DNA from: Cellulomonas sp.
GTDB lineage: Bacteria > Actinomycetota > Actinomycetes > Actinomycetales > Cellulomonadaceae
Direction of reading: 5' to 3'
NCBI GenBank assembly: GCA_036404115.1
Contig: DASWPG010000053.1
Span: 11,566-75,565, forward strand
Length of the DNA: 64,000 bases
This document shows positions 29,312-38,622 of this stretch, piece by piece. Within the stretch, counting starts at the first letter, position 1; each line of letters starts with the position of its first letter. The notes under the pieces are model-generated. The model did no database searches and was not told the origin of the DNA. It saw only the letters and a program-made list of their open reading frames with translations. A program made the translations under genes and the position numbers.

Positions 29312-30436
29312 CTAGCGGGGCGCGGTCTCCTCCGGGCCCGGGGGACGGGCCAGGTAGGCGTCGATCGTGCGGTCCGCGCAGGCGGCCCAGGTCCACCGCC
29401 GGGCGTGGTCACGGCGGCGCTCCCGGTCGGCGGTGGCGTCGGGGCGGTCGGCGAGGGCGGCCAGCCCGGCGGCGATCGCGTCGACCTGGAGCGGGTCGAC
29501 CAGCACCGACTCGGCCCCGGTGACCTCGCGCAGCGCGGGCACATCGGCGGCGAGCACCGGGCGGCCGCAGGCGAGCGCCTCCAGCGCCGGCAGCCCGAAG
29601 CCCTCGTCCAGCGAGGGGAGCAGCAGGCCCGCGGACCCGGCGACCAGGGTGCGCAGGTCCTCGTCCGAGAGCCAGCCGGTGCGGTGCACGCCGGGCTGCG
29701 GCCGGAGGTGCTGCTCGCGGCCGGCCGGCCCGGCGAGCACCAGCGGGGGCAGCGCGGGGTCGGCGGCCCGGGCCGCGAGGTGCGCGGCCAGCAGCCGCGG
29801 CAGGTTCTTGCGCGGGTCCAGGGAGCCGACGAACACCAGGTACTCGTGCGGCAGCCCGCGGGCGTCCAGCCAGCCGGCGTCGGGCGCGCCGGCGAGCGCC
29901 CACTGCGGGTCCACGCCGAGCGGGGTCGCGGTGACCCGGGCCGGGTCGAGGCCGTAGAAGGCGGCCACCTCGGCCGCGACCGCGTGGCTGGGCGTCACGA
30001 CGTGCGCGCCGCGGGCCAGCGCCCGGGGCACCAGGGTGCGGTACGCGAGGCTGTCGGCCGAGACGGTCTCGCGGTGCGTCTCGTAGGTGAGGTCGTGCAC
30101 GGTGACCACCTCGCGGGCCTGCCGGCTCGGCGGGCTGACGAAGTTGGTGCCGTGCACCACGTCGCACCGCCCGACGAGCAGCTCGACCGGTGGCAGGTCC
30201 GCGCGGCACCAGGCGGAGCGCAGGGCACGGGCAGGCACCCGGGGCCCGGTCTGGCGGACCCCCGCGGGCAGGTCGGTGAGCCGTCCGCCGCGCGCCGTCC
30301 AGGTGGTGACGGCCACCTGCGCCGCCAGGCCGCGGCGGTCCAGCGCGGCGGGCAGCTCGGCGACGAGGTGGTGGACGTAGCGGCCGATCCCGGTCCGGGC
30401 ACCGAGCAGGGCGGTGGCGTCCAGCACGATGCGCAT
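29312..30436 (-). CDS. GT4-family glycosyltransferase
   Basis: TGIGRY, VTVHDL, GSLDPRKNL, SLDEGFGLPALEA. Confidence 0.9.
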   Translation of the reverse strand: MRIVLDATALLGARTGIGRYVHHLVAELPAALDRRGLAAQVAVTTWTARGGRLTDLPAGVRQTGPRVPARALRSAWCRADLPPVELLVGRCDVVHGTNFVSPPSRQAREVVTVHDLTYETHRETVSADSLAYRTLVPRALARGAHVVTPSHAVAAEVAAFYGLDPARVTATPLGVDPQWALAGAPDAGWLDARGLPHEYLVFVGSLDPRKNLPRLLAAHLAARAADPALPPLVLAGPAGREQHLRPQPGVHRTGWLSDEDLRTLVAGSAGLLLPSLDEGFGLPALEALACGRPVLAADVPALREVTGAESVLVDPLQVDAIAAGLAALADRPDATADRERRRDHARRWTWAACADRTIDAYLARPPGPEETAPR

Positions 30437-30574
30437 CCGGACATCGTGCCACGCGGTCGGGGTGCGCCGGCGGTCGGGACCGCCGCCGGGCGTCGGGCGA
30501 TCGATGTCTGAAATGCCGGAATTATGGGAACGAATCGCACGGGGAATACGCACAGGGAAGCCCAACACGCCCCG

Positions 30575-32713
30575 ATGTCCTTGCGGTCGTTCGGGCCGGC
30601 AACCCACACTCACGTGGTGAATGCCACCGCACGGAACCGCCCCGACCGTCCCCGAGGGCGTCTGCGACCCGGCACGCGCTGGGCGGCCGGTGCCGCCGGC
30701 GCCGCCGTCCTCGCGCTCGGGCTGACGCTCGCGATCACCTCGGGCGTGCAGGTGGCGGCCGCGGCCGACGCCTCGTCGTCCGGCACCGGCACCGGCACCG
30801 CGAGCGACGACAGCAGCACCGGCTCCGGCGGCACCACCGAGGTGGAGCAGATCCCGGTGGTCGTGCCCGCGGTGGACGACTCCGGCACACCGCTGACCGA
30901 CGACCTCGACACCGAGGCGACCGCGACCCCCACCCCGAGCGCCACCGCGGCCGAGGCCGAGGACGTCGAGGTCGAGGTGGGCGACACGGTGGTCGCGGAC
31001 ACCGCGGTGGACGGCACCGTGCAGACCGAGCAGGTCGAGACCGACAGCTTCTCGATGGTCGGCATCACCTGGCCGCTCGGCTCCGACGTCGACGACCTCG
31101 ACCCGGAGATCCGGGTGCGGGACGACTCGGGCTGGTCGGAGTGGGTGGCGGTCGAGCCGGCCGACGACGACCCCGACGAGGGCACCGTCGACGCCGAGTC
31201 CTCGCTGCGCGGCGGCACCGAGCCGCTGTGGGTCGGGGACGCGGACGCCGTGCAGGTGCGGTTCGGCGCGACGACCGAGGGCGGGCCGGACGACGTGCGG
31301 GTCGAGCTGGTCAGCCCGGGGGAGGTCGAGGCGGACACGTCGACCACCGGCGACTCCAGCTCCGACGTCAGCGTCGCGGAGACCTCGACGTCGACCTCCA
31401 CGTCGACCTCGACCGAGGCCAGCACGAGCTCGGCGGTCTTCACCTCGACCGACGACGCCACCGTCACCCCGGTCGCCACCCTGGCCACCTCGACCGCGGC
31501 AGCGCCGACGATCATCAGCCGGTCGTCCTGGGGCGCGCCGACCAGCACCGTCTGCGGCGACGTCGCGTCGTCCCTGGTCGGAGCCGTGATCCACCACACC
31601 GCGTCCTCGAACGACTACACGACGGTCGCGGCGGCGAAGAAGCAGATCCTGAGCTTCTACACGTACCACACGGCCTCGCGCGGGTGGTGCGACATCGGTT
31701 ACAACTTCCTGGTCGACAAGTGGGGCAACGTCTACGAGGGCCGTGCCGGCAGCTCGACCTCCGCGGTGATCGGCGTGCACGACGGCGGGTTCAACACCGG
31801 CACGGTCGGCATCGCGATGATTGGCACCTACACCACGGCGCCGTCCACCGCGACGATCAACGCGGTGGCCCAGGTGGTGGCCTGGCGGCTGAGCGCCTAC
31901 GGCGTCGACCCGACCGGCACGATGAGCTACACCACCGGGGCCGGCGAGAACTCCCGGTACAAGAACCAGACAGTGACGCTGCCACGGGTGTTCGGGCATC
32001 GCGACACCGCGTACACCACCTGTCCCGGCGACGGCGGGTACGCGGCGCTCGGGCAGATACGCAGCACCGCGAAAGCGTTGATGACCGAGGAGTACGACTC
32101 TCTGGTCAAGGCGCTCTACACCGACCTGCTCGGGCGGTCGCCGGACTCCTCCGGCCTGGCCACCTGGACCGGTGAGCTGTCCCGGGGCGTCTCGCGGTCG
32201 GCGCTGGTCGCGGCGCTCACCGCCAGCGAGGAGTACCTGACGCTGCGGATCACCCAGACCTACCAGAACATCCTCGGCCGGTCCCCGGACGCGGCGGGCC
32301 GGGGGGTCTGGCTGCGAGCGCTGCAGGCCGGAGCCGTGCAGGTGGACGACCTCGGCCTGAACTTCCTCGCCTCGGAGGAGATGTACCTCAAGGGCGGCGG
32401 TACGGACGAGGGCTTCGTGGCGGCGATGTACACCCAGGTGCTCGGCCGCTCCGCCTCCACCTCCGAGCAGGCCTACTGGGCCGCGAAGATCAGGTCCGGC
32501 AGCCGGTACACGGCGCTGTCCGGGATCTGGATCGCCTGGGAGTCGGCGGCACGCCGGGCCGCGGTGTACTACACGACCTTCCTCGGCCGCACGCCCGACT
32601 CGGGCGGCCTGGCGCACTGGACGGCCATCCTGCAGTCGCAGGGGGAGAGTGCCGTGCGGACCGGGATCGCCGGCAGCGACGAGTACTACACCCGCGCCAA
32701 GGCCCGCTTCTGA
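30575..32713 (+). CDS. Secreted PGRP/Amidase_2 N-acetylmuramoyl-L-alanine amidase with 4 C-terminal DUF4214-like repeats
   Basis: Signal/TM segment; IHHTA, GWCDIGYNFLVD, YEGRAG, GHRD, CPG (Zn ligands present); four Y-x3-LGR repeats. Start uncertain (30575 or 30617). Confidence 0.85.
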   Translation: MSLRSFGPATHTHVVNATARNRPDRPRGRLRPGTRWAAGAAGAAVLALGLTLAITSGVQVAAAADASSSGTGTGTASDDSSTGSGGTTEVEQIPVVVPAVDDSGTPLTDDLDTEATATPTPSATAAEAEDVEVEVGDTVVADTAVDGTVQTEQVETDSFSMVGITWPLGSDVDDLDPEIRVRDDSGWSEWVAVEPADDDPDEGTVDAESSLRGGTEPLWVGDADAVQVRFGATTEGGPDDVRVELVSPGEVEADTSTTGDSSSDVSVAETSTSTSTSTSTEASTSSAVFTSTDDATVTPVATLATSTAAAPTIISRSSWGAPTSTVCGDVASSLVGAVIHHTASSNDYTTVAAAKKQILSFYTYHTASRGWCDIGYNFLVDKWGNVYEGRAGSSTSAVIGVHDGGFNTGTVGIAMIGTYTTAPSTATINAVAQVVAWRLSAYGVDPTGTMSYTTGAGENSRYKNQTVTLPRVFGHRDTAYTTCPGDGGYAALGQIRSTAKALMTEEYDSLVKALYTDLLGRSPDSSGLATWTGELSRGVSRSALVAALTASEEYLTLRITQTYQNILGRSPDAAGRGVWLRALQAGAVQVDDLGLNFLASEEMYLKGGGTDEGFVAAMYTQVLGRSASTSEQAYWAAKIRSGSRYTALSGIWIAWESAARRAAVYYTTFLGRTPDSGGLAHWTAILQSQGESAVRTGIAGSDEYYTRAKARF

Positions 32714-32728
32714 GCACGCGGCGCTAGA

Positions 32729-32776
32729 CAGCAGGCGGGGGCGACCGGACAGCTGTCCGGTCGCCCCCGCCTGCTG
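32729..32776. terminator. Perfect 48-bp palindrome between convergent genes (probable bidirectional terminator)
   Basis: CAGCAGGCGGGGGCGACCGGACAG|CTGTCCGGTCGCCCCCGCCTGCTG, with no spacer or mismatch. Confidence 0.8.
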
Positions 32777-32802
32777 CGTGCTCTCGGCGTCGAGCGGTGC
32801 CG

Positions 32803-34104
32803 TCAGGCGGAGACGCGCTGCTCCGCGACCTGCTCGACCTGGCCGGTGAAGTCCACGTCGACGTGGATCTGCCCGACCGTGCGGCCGTCGGCGACCACCA
32901 CGAGCCGGGCTCCCTCCACCAGACGGTGGATCTCCAGGCCGCTCTTCGCGGCGATCGCACCGTGCACCGTGTAGCTGCCCTCGCCCAGGGCGAGCGCCGG
33001 CAGCCGGAACTCGAACGTCGCCGGGCCGACCACTCGGGGCAGCCGCAGGTCGAGCAGCCGGGTGTTGGTGCCGAAGACGCTCTGGCCGAGCGGGGTGTCG
33101 ATGCCGAAGCCGAGCACCCAGTCCTCCAGCGGCTGGTCCGCCTGCACCCGGACCCGGACCACGACGTCCTCGCCCGGACGCATCTCGCCGGCGCCCTCCG
33201 GGGTCGTCGCCGTGACGCCGACGATCCGGGCGCGCGGCGGCGGTGCGACGGCGGGCACCCCGGGCACCTCGACCGGCTCCTCCGACCCGTCGCCCGCGGC
33301 GACGGCCTCGGCGGCGGCGGCAGCCGCGGCCTCGGCGCGCTCCTGGGCACGGGTGATGTCCGCCTGCCGGGCCTCCTCGAAGTCGTCCCGGAGCACCCGG
33401 AGCGCCTCGCGCGGCTCGCCGTCGGCCCGGATCCGGCCGCTCTCCAGCACGATCGCGCGGTCGCACAGGTCCGCGACCTGGTCGAGCGAGTGCGACACGA
33501 ACACGATGGTGCGGCCGTCGTGCTGGAAGCCGCGGATCTTCTCCATGCACTTGCGCTGGAACGGCTCGTCGCCGACCGCGAGCACCTCGTCCACCAGCAG
33601 GATGTCCGGGTCCACGTGCACCGCGACGGCGAAGGCGAGCCGCACGTACATGCCCGAGGAGTAGAACTTCACCTGGGTGTCGATGAACGGCTCGATGCCG
33701 GAGAAGTCGACGATCGCGTCGAAGTACAGGTCGGTCTGCTTGCGGGACAGCCCGAGGATCGAGGCGTTCAGGTAGACGTTCTCCCGGCCGGTGAGGTCCG
33801 GGTGGAAGCCCGCACCGAGCTCCAGCAGCGCCGCGAGGCGGCCACGCAGGCTCACCGAGCCCGTCGTGGGCTGGATGATCCCGCCGATCGTCTTGAGCAG
33901 GGTGCTCTTGCCGGACCCGTTCGGGCCGACCAGGCCGACCGAGCTGCCGACCTCGATGTCCAGGCTGATGTCCCGCAGCGCCCAGAAGTCCTGCTTGTGC
34001 TTGTTGGAGCGGCCGAAGTTGACCACCCGCTCCTTGAGGGACTTCTCCTGCCGGATCACGAAGCGCTTGGAGACGTCCTGGACGGAGATCACGGTGCTGG
34101 ACAT
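32803..34104 (-). CDS. wzt: Polysaccharide ABC exporter ATPase with C-terminal Wzt_C carbohydrate-binding domain
   Basis: FWALRDISL, GPNGSGKS, GAGFHPDLTGREN, YSSGMYVRLAFA, DEVLAVGD; beta-rich C-terminus (VFGTNT, LGEGSYTV). Confidence 0.92.
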   Translation of the reverse strand: MSSTVISVQDVSKRFVIRQEKSLKERVVNFGRSNKHKQDFWALRDISLDIEVGSSVGLVGPNGSGKSTLLKTIGGIIQPTTGSVSLRGRLAALLELGAGFHPDLTGRENVYLNASILGLSRKQTDLYFDAIVDFSGIEPFIDTQVKFYSSGMYVRLAFAVAVHVDPDILLVDEVLAVGDEPFQRKCMEKIRGFQHDGRTIVFVSHSLDQVADLCDRAIVLESGRIRADGEPREALRVLRDDFEEARQADITRAQERAEAAAAAAAEAVAAGDGSEEPVEVPGVPAVAPPPRARIVGVTATTPEGAGEMRPGEDVVVRVRVQADQPLEDWVLGFGIDTPLGQSVFGTNTRLLDLRLPRVVGPATFEFRLPALALGEGSYTVHGAIAAKSGLEIHRLVEGARLVVVADGRTVGQIHVDVDFTGQVEQVAEQRVSA

Positions 34105-34106
34105 GG

Positions 34107-35012
34107 TCAGAGCTCCTGGGCGAAGTTGCTCTGGAGGCGGGTGAACACCCGCTGGAACAGCCAGAGGAGGACGAGTCCGATCAGCAGGGCGATGCCGAGC
34201 CGGGAGGCGAGGTGCGCGGGGTACGGCTCGTTCTCGCCGGCGCTCCAGAACGTGCGCTGGAAGCCGAGCACGGCCAGGGTGGTCGGGTTCGCGAGGTACA
34301 GGTCGGCGAGCCAGGAGCTCCCGACGGCGTTCGACACCTGCGCCCAGGAGTAGACGATCGGCGACGCCCACATCAGCACCATCAGGGAGATCTCGACCAG
34401 GTACTGCACGTCGCGCAGGTAGACGTTCACGGCGGACAGCAGCAGCGCGAGGGCCAGCCCCCAGGTGAGCAGGACGGCGAACGACAGCGGCAGGTAGAGC
34501 AGCCGGCTGTCCAGCCGGAACGCGCCGAGCACGATGGTCGCGAGCACCAGGATGCCGAGCTGGATGGCGAAGTTGAACAGCGCCGAGCCCGTGGTGCTGA
34601 GCGGGAAGACCTCGCGCGGCAGGTAGACCTTCTTGATCAGCCCGCTGTTCGACACGATCGAGGAGGTCCCGCTGGCGACCACCTCGGAGAACAGCTGCCA
34701 GGCCGTCAGACCGGTGAACACGTAGATCGCGAACTCCGGGATCGAGCGCTCGGCGCCGAGGAACTTGCCGATCGCGACGTAGTAGATCAGCAGCATGGTC
34801 AGCGGCCGCATCAGGCTCCAGAAGAACCCGAGGGTGCTGTCCTTGTACCGAGCCTTCAGCTCCCGCCGGATCAGCAGGTCCAGCAGCTCGCGGTGCGCCC
34901 AGATGTCGCGGATCGACTGCAGGGTCCCCGAGGCGAACCCGGACCGGGGGCCGGCTTCCCGCATCGGCTCCTGGGCGAGCGCGGCTGCCCGCACCTCTGC
35001 CTGTGTGCTCAT
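34107..35012 (-). CDS. wzm: Polysaccharide ABC exporter permease
   Basis: RELKARYKDSTLGFFWSL, LIKKVYLPRE, NVYLRD, ASPIVY, NFAQEL; GGAGG RBS. Confidence 0.92.
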   Translation of the reverse strand: MSTQAEVRAAALAQEPMREAGPRSGFASGTLQSIRDIWAHRELLDLLIRRELKARYKDSTLGFFWSLMRPLTMLLIYYVAIGKFLGAERSIPEFAIYVFTGLTAWQLFSEVVASGTSSIVSNSGLIKKVYLPREVFPLSTTGSALFNFAIQLGILVLATIVLGAFRLDSRLLYLPLSFAVLLTWGLALALLLSAVNVYLRDVQYLVEISLMVLMWASPIVYSWAQVSNAVGSSWLADLYLANPTTLAVLGFQRTFWSAGENEPYPAHLASRLGIALLIGLVLLWLFQRVFTRLQSNFAQEL

Positions 35013-35169
35013 GTGCCTCCGTCCTGGGTGCGCCGGCTCGGCCCGCGCACGACGGACAAGAGTACCCGTGCGGACTGGTGCCCGATCTGCACCGCGTGTC
35101 GCCCGGGAACGGCCTGGCAGGATGGGGTCCGAGGGGGTCCGTCCCCAGCCGCCGAGAGGATCTTCTGTG

Positions 35170-37047
35170 ATGCGTACCGCCACGGTGCCCCGCCGTCCGC
35201 TGCACCGTGCGGCCCGCCGCCTCATCACGCTGGTGGTGGTCGCGGCGCTCTCCGTGCTCGGCGTGGCCGGCACCGGGCTCGGCACCGCGCAGACGGCGGA
35301 GGCGGCGGACAGCGGCGGCACGGCCACGATCACCGGGTACGGCTACGGGCACGGCCGGGGGATGGGCCAGTACGGGGCGCTCGGCTACGCGGTGGACTAC
35401 GGCTGGACCTCCAGCCAGATCCTGGCCTACTACTACGGCGGCAGCACCCTCGCCACGGACGCGGGCAACCCGACCATCACCGTCGAGCTCACCCGGTTCA
35501 CCGGCAAGGACCTGATCGCCTCGGGCACCGGGATCCAGGTGAACGGCACGGCGCTGTCCAGCTCGGTCGCGGCGGTGCTGGTGCGCTCCCTGGGCAACGG
35601 CACCTTCCAGCTGTACACCTCCACCTCCGGCTGCGGCGGGCCGTGGACGGCCTCCGGCAGCGCGAAGGCGTCGGGGCTGTCGGTGACCACGAGCACCGGG
35701 ACGGTGTCGGCCTGCGAGTCCGGCGTGGTCCGGACCTATCGCGGGGCGCTGCAGTCGGTCTACGCGAGCGGCAGCTCCTACGCGTTCAACTCGCTGCCGG
35801 TGGAGAGCTACCTGCGCGGCGTGGTCCCGCGCGAGATGCCGGCCTCCTGGTACTCCTCGGGCAGCGGGCGCGGCCTGCAGGCGCTCAAGGCGCAGGCGGT
35901 CGCGGCGCGGTCCTACGCGCTGTCCTCCAGCCGCACCTCCGGCGCCAAGACCTGCGACACCACGGCCTGCCAGGTGTACTACGGCTACTCCGAGCAGAAG
36001 TCCGGCGGCTCGGTGACGCTGCTGGAGGACTCGCGGTCCGACACGGCGATCAGCCAGACCGCCGGGCAGGTGATGCGCACGTCGACCGGCGCGATCGCCC
36101 GCACCGAGTTCAGCTCCTCGACCGGCGGCTGGACGGCCGGCGGCACCTTCACGGCGGTGCAGGACCTGGGCGACGCGACGTCGAGCAACCCGTACCACTC
36201 GTGGACGGTGTCGATCGGGCTGACCGAGGTGGCCTCGTCGCTGGGCACCGGCACGATCGCCTCGATGTCCGTCACCGCGCGCAACGGGCTGGGCGCGGAC
36301 GGCGGCCGGGCGACCACGGTGACCGTCACAGCGGCCGACGGCACCGTGTCGACGTTCACCGGGGCGCAGGTGCGCACCGCGCTGGGTCTGAAGAGCGACT
36401 GGTTCAGCATCTCCACCCTGAGCACCGTCGAGGTGCAGAACGTCATCACCGCGCTGTACGAGGACATCCTCGGGCGGGAGCCGGACTCCGGCGGCCTGGC
36501 TACCTGGACCGCGGTGGCGCTCGCGGACGGCAACGCGAACCGGCTGACCAGCCAGATCGTGATGTCCACCGAGCGGCTGCAGACGTTCATCCGGACCGAG
36601 TACCAGAACGCCCTGGGACGCGCACCGGAGGCCGGCGGCCTGGCGAACTGGACAAAGTACCTGCAGGCCGGGGCGACCGTGCCCCAGCTCCAGGAGGCGA
36701 TCTACGCCTCCACGGAGGGGATCATGCGGGCCGGCGGCGACACCGGGACCTGGGTGCAGGGCGTGTACGCCGGCGTGCTCGGCCGCTCGGCCAGCACCAG
36801 CGAGCGGGCCTACTGGTCCGCCAAGATCGCGTCCCTCGGGTACGGGGGCGTGGTGCGGGCGATCGCGAAGTCCGACGAGGCCGGGATGCTCCGGCTCACC
36901 CGGTACTACAGCACGATGCTCGGCCGCAGCCCGGACGCCTCGGGCATCCGGACGTTCCTGCCGCTGATGGCCGGGAACGGTGACATGGTGCTGCCGGTGC
37001 AGATCGGTGCGAGCCCCGAGTACTGGAGCCGGGCCCAGACGCGCTGA
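35170..37047 (+). CDS. Secreted SpoIID/LytB-domain lytic transglycosylase-like protein with 4 C-terminal DUF4214-like repeats
   Basis: Signal peptide; GYGHGRGMGQYGA, ESYLRGVVPREMPASW, ALKAQAVAARSY, CDTTACQVY, RTALGLKSDWF; four LGR repeats. Confidence 0.87.
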   Translation: MRTATVPRRPLHRAARRLITLVVVAALSVLGVAGTGLGTAQTAEAADSGGTATITGYGYGHGRGMGQYGALGYAVDYGWTSSQILAYYYGGSTLATDAGNPTITVELTRFTGKDLIASGTGIQVNGTALSSSVAAVLVRSLGNGTFQLYTSTSGCGGPWTASGSAKASGLSVTTSTGTVSACESGVVRTYRGALQSVYASGSSYAFNSLPVESYLRGVVPREMPASWYSSGSGRGLQALKAQAVAARSYALSSSRTSGAKTCDTTACQVYYGYSEQKSGGSVTLLEDSRSDTAISQTAGQVMRTSTGAIARTEFSSSTGGWTAGGTFTAVQDLGDATSSNPYHSWTVSIGLTEVASSLGTGTIASMSVTARNGLGADGGRATTVTVTAADGTVSTFTGAQVRTALGLKSDWFSISTLSTVEVQNVITALYEDILGREPDSGGLATWTAVALADGNANRLTSQIVMSTERLQTFIRTEYQNALGRAPEAGGLANWTKYLQAGATVPQLQEAIYASTEGIMRAGGDTGTWVQGVYAGVLGRSASTSERAYWSAKIASLGYGGVVRAIAKSDEAGMLRLTRYYSTMLGRSPDASGIRTFLPLMAGNGDMVLPVQIGASPEYWSRAQTR

Positions 37048-37062
37048 CCCGGGTCGGCGGGG

Positions 37063-38622
37063 TCAGCCGCGCGCCGGCTCGATCCCGTCGACCAGGTAGG
37101 CCCAGGTGTCCGCCGCGTAGGCCGCCCAGGTCCGGGTGCTGCGGGTGCCGGCCTGCGCCATCAGGGCCTCCAGCAGGTCCTGGTCGGTGAGCAGCGTGGT
37201 CATCGCCTCGGCCAGGGCGTCGTCGTCCCGCGGGTCGACCAGGAGCACGCCACCGCCCTGCTCGGCGATCTCCCGGGTGCTGCCGTAGTTCGAGGTGATC
37301 ACCGGCGTGCCGGACATCAGCGACTCGACCACCGGCAGCCCGAAGCCCTCGTTCAGCGAGGGGAAGACGGTGAACCGGGCCAGCTGGTAGGCGGCCCAGA
37401 GGGTCGAGTCGGCGATCCCGGACAGGGTGGCCACCGGGCGGTTCAGCGCCTGCAGGCCGGCGATGGTCTGGTGGAACTCGTCGCTGTTCCAGGAGTTCCC
37501 GCCGACGAAGGTGAGCGCGAAGCTCAGCCCCCGGCGCCAGAGCAGCTCGGCGGCGTGCAGCACCGCCAGGTGGTTCTTGCGCGGCTCGTGCGAGCCCACG
37601 CACAGCACCAGCGGCAGATCGGCGACCATCATCCGGTCCCGGGCCAGGGCGAGGTCCGCCGGCCCGGGGACCTGTGCCTCGGCGGCGAGCGCCACCGTGA
37701 CGATGTCCGGCCCGGTGAAGCCGGCGCCGGAGATCATCGTGCGCCACCCGCGGTACTCGTCGCCGGCGGCGTCGGAGATGGTCGCGATGCGCTGGTAGTG
37801 GCGGCTGGCGGCGAGGTGGCCGGCGAACTCGTTCGGCAGGCCGCTGATCGCGGTCTCCGCCGAGGTGAGCGGCACGAGGTCGTACCCGATCGAGCCGATC
37901 TCGATGCCGGTGAAGGAGGCCATCGCGAGCAGGCGGTCCGTGCGCGGACGCTCCGCGGCGAGCTCCGGGATCAGGTACCGGCACTGCCACGGGACGACCA
38001 GCGACGGCGTCGCGGTCTCGGTGCCGGTCTCGGCGACGTCCTCCTGCGGGCCCTCCTGACCGAGCAGCCTGGCCAGGCGGTCGGCCGGCAGGTCCTGCGG
38101 GCAGAGCAGGTCGTCGGCCCAGCCGATCGGCAGGACGTTCTCGTGCTGGTCGACCCAGGCCCGCGCGCACTCGCGGGCGACGCGCTGGATGCCGGTGAAG
38201 AAGGTGGTCCGCGCGGTGTTGTGCACGTCGATCACGATCGCCCCCCGGACCACCCGGATCGGGCGGGGCTCCCGGGGCAGGTCGATCAGCGCGATCGCCG
38301 CGGCGAGGGTGGCCGCCGGCCCGTCCAGCACGCCGGCGCGCGAGACCCGCAGCACCTCGTGCTGGGTGGGCAGGCGCATCGCGACCACCGCGGTCGTCAG
38401 CCAGGCGACCGCGCGGTCGTCGGGGTCGATCCGGTCCGTCGCCCGGCGGACCACGTCGGCCGGCGCCGTGCCGCGCTCGACCGGGGCGTCGAGCGCGGCC
38501 AGCAGCAGCCGCAGCCGGGTGTCGAGGGCCCGTCGGTGCGACGCCGGCAGCCCGCCGACCGCCGCGTCGAGCTCGTCCTGCGCGGTGGCAGGCACCCCCG
38601 CGTCGACGGTGGTGGTCCTCAT
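37063..38622 (-). CDS. GT4 glycosyltransferase, type B copy 2 (extra N-terminal helical domain)
   Basis: TGIQRVAR, GSHEPRKNH, SLNEGFGLPVVES. Confidence 0.9.
   Translation of the reverse strand: MRTTTVDAGVPATAQDELDAAVGGLPASHRRALDTRLRLLLAALDAPVERGTAPADVVRRATDRIDPDDRAVAWLTTAVVAMRLPTQHEVLRVSRAGVLDGPAATLAAAIALIDLPREPRPIRVVRGAIVIDVHNTARTTFFTGIQRVARECARAWVDQHENVLPIGWADDLLCPQDLPADRLARLLGQEGPQEDVAETGTETATPSLVVPWQCRYLIPELAAERPRTDRLLAMASFTGIEIGSIGYDLVPLTSAETAISGLPNEFAGHLAASRHYQRIATISDAAGDEYRGWRTMISGAGFTGPDIVTVALAAEAQVPGPADLALARDRMMVADLPLVLCVGSHEPRKNHLAVLHAAELLWRRGLSFALTFVGGNSWNSDEFHQTIAGLQALNRPVATLSGIADSTLWAAYQLARFTVFPSLNEGFGLPVVESLMSGTPVITSNYGSTREIAEQGGGVLLVDPRDDDALAEAMTTLLTDQDLLEALMAQAGTRSTRTWAAYAADTWAYLVDGIEPARG

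Noticed and set aside
30437-30620. Possible c-di-AMP (ydaO) riboswitch in the lower-GC region upstream of the amidase
   Set aside because: I could not find the conserved ydaO motifs; it looks like a divergent promoter region. An Rfam scan would settle it.
29312-33550. Apparent giant fusion ORFs (1412 aa here; also 7652-11257, 32803-36198, 4178-6235, 11308-13395)
   Set aside because: Only the 3' parts encode recognisable proteins. True starts are marked by RBS, -10 boxes or stop/start overlaps.
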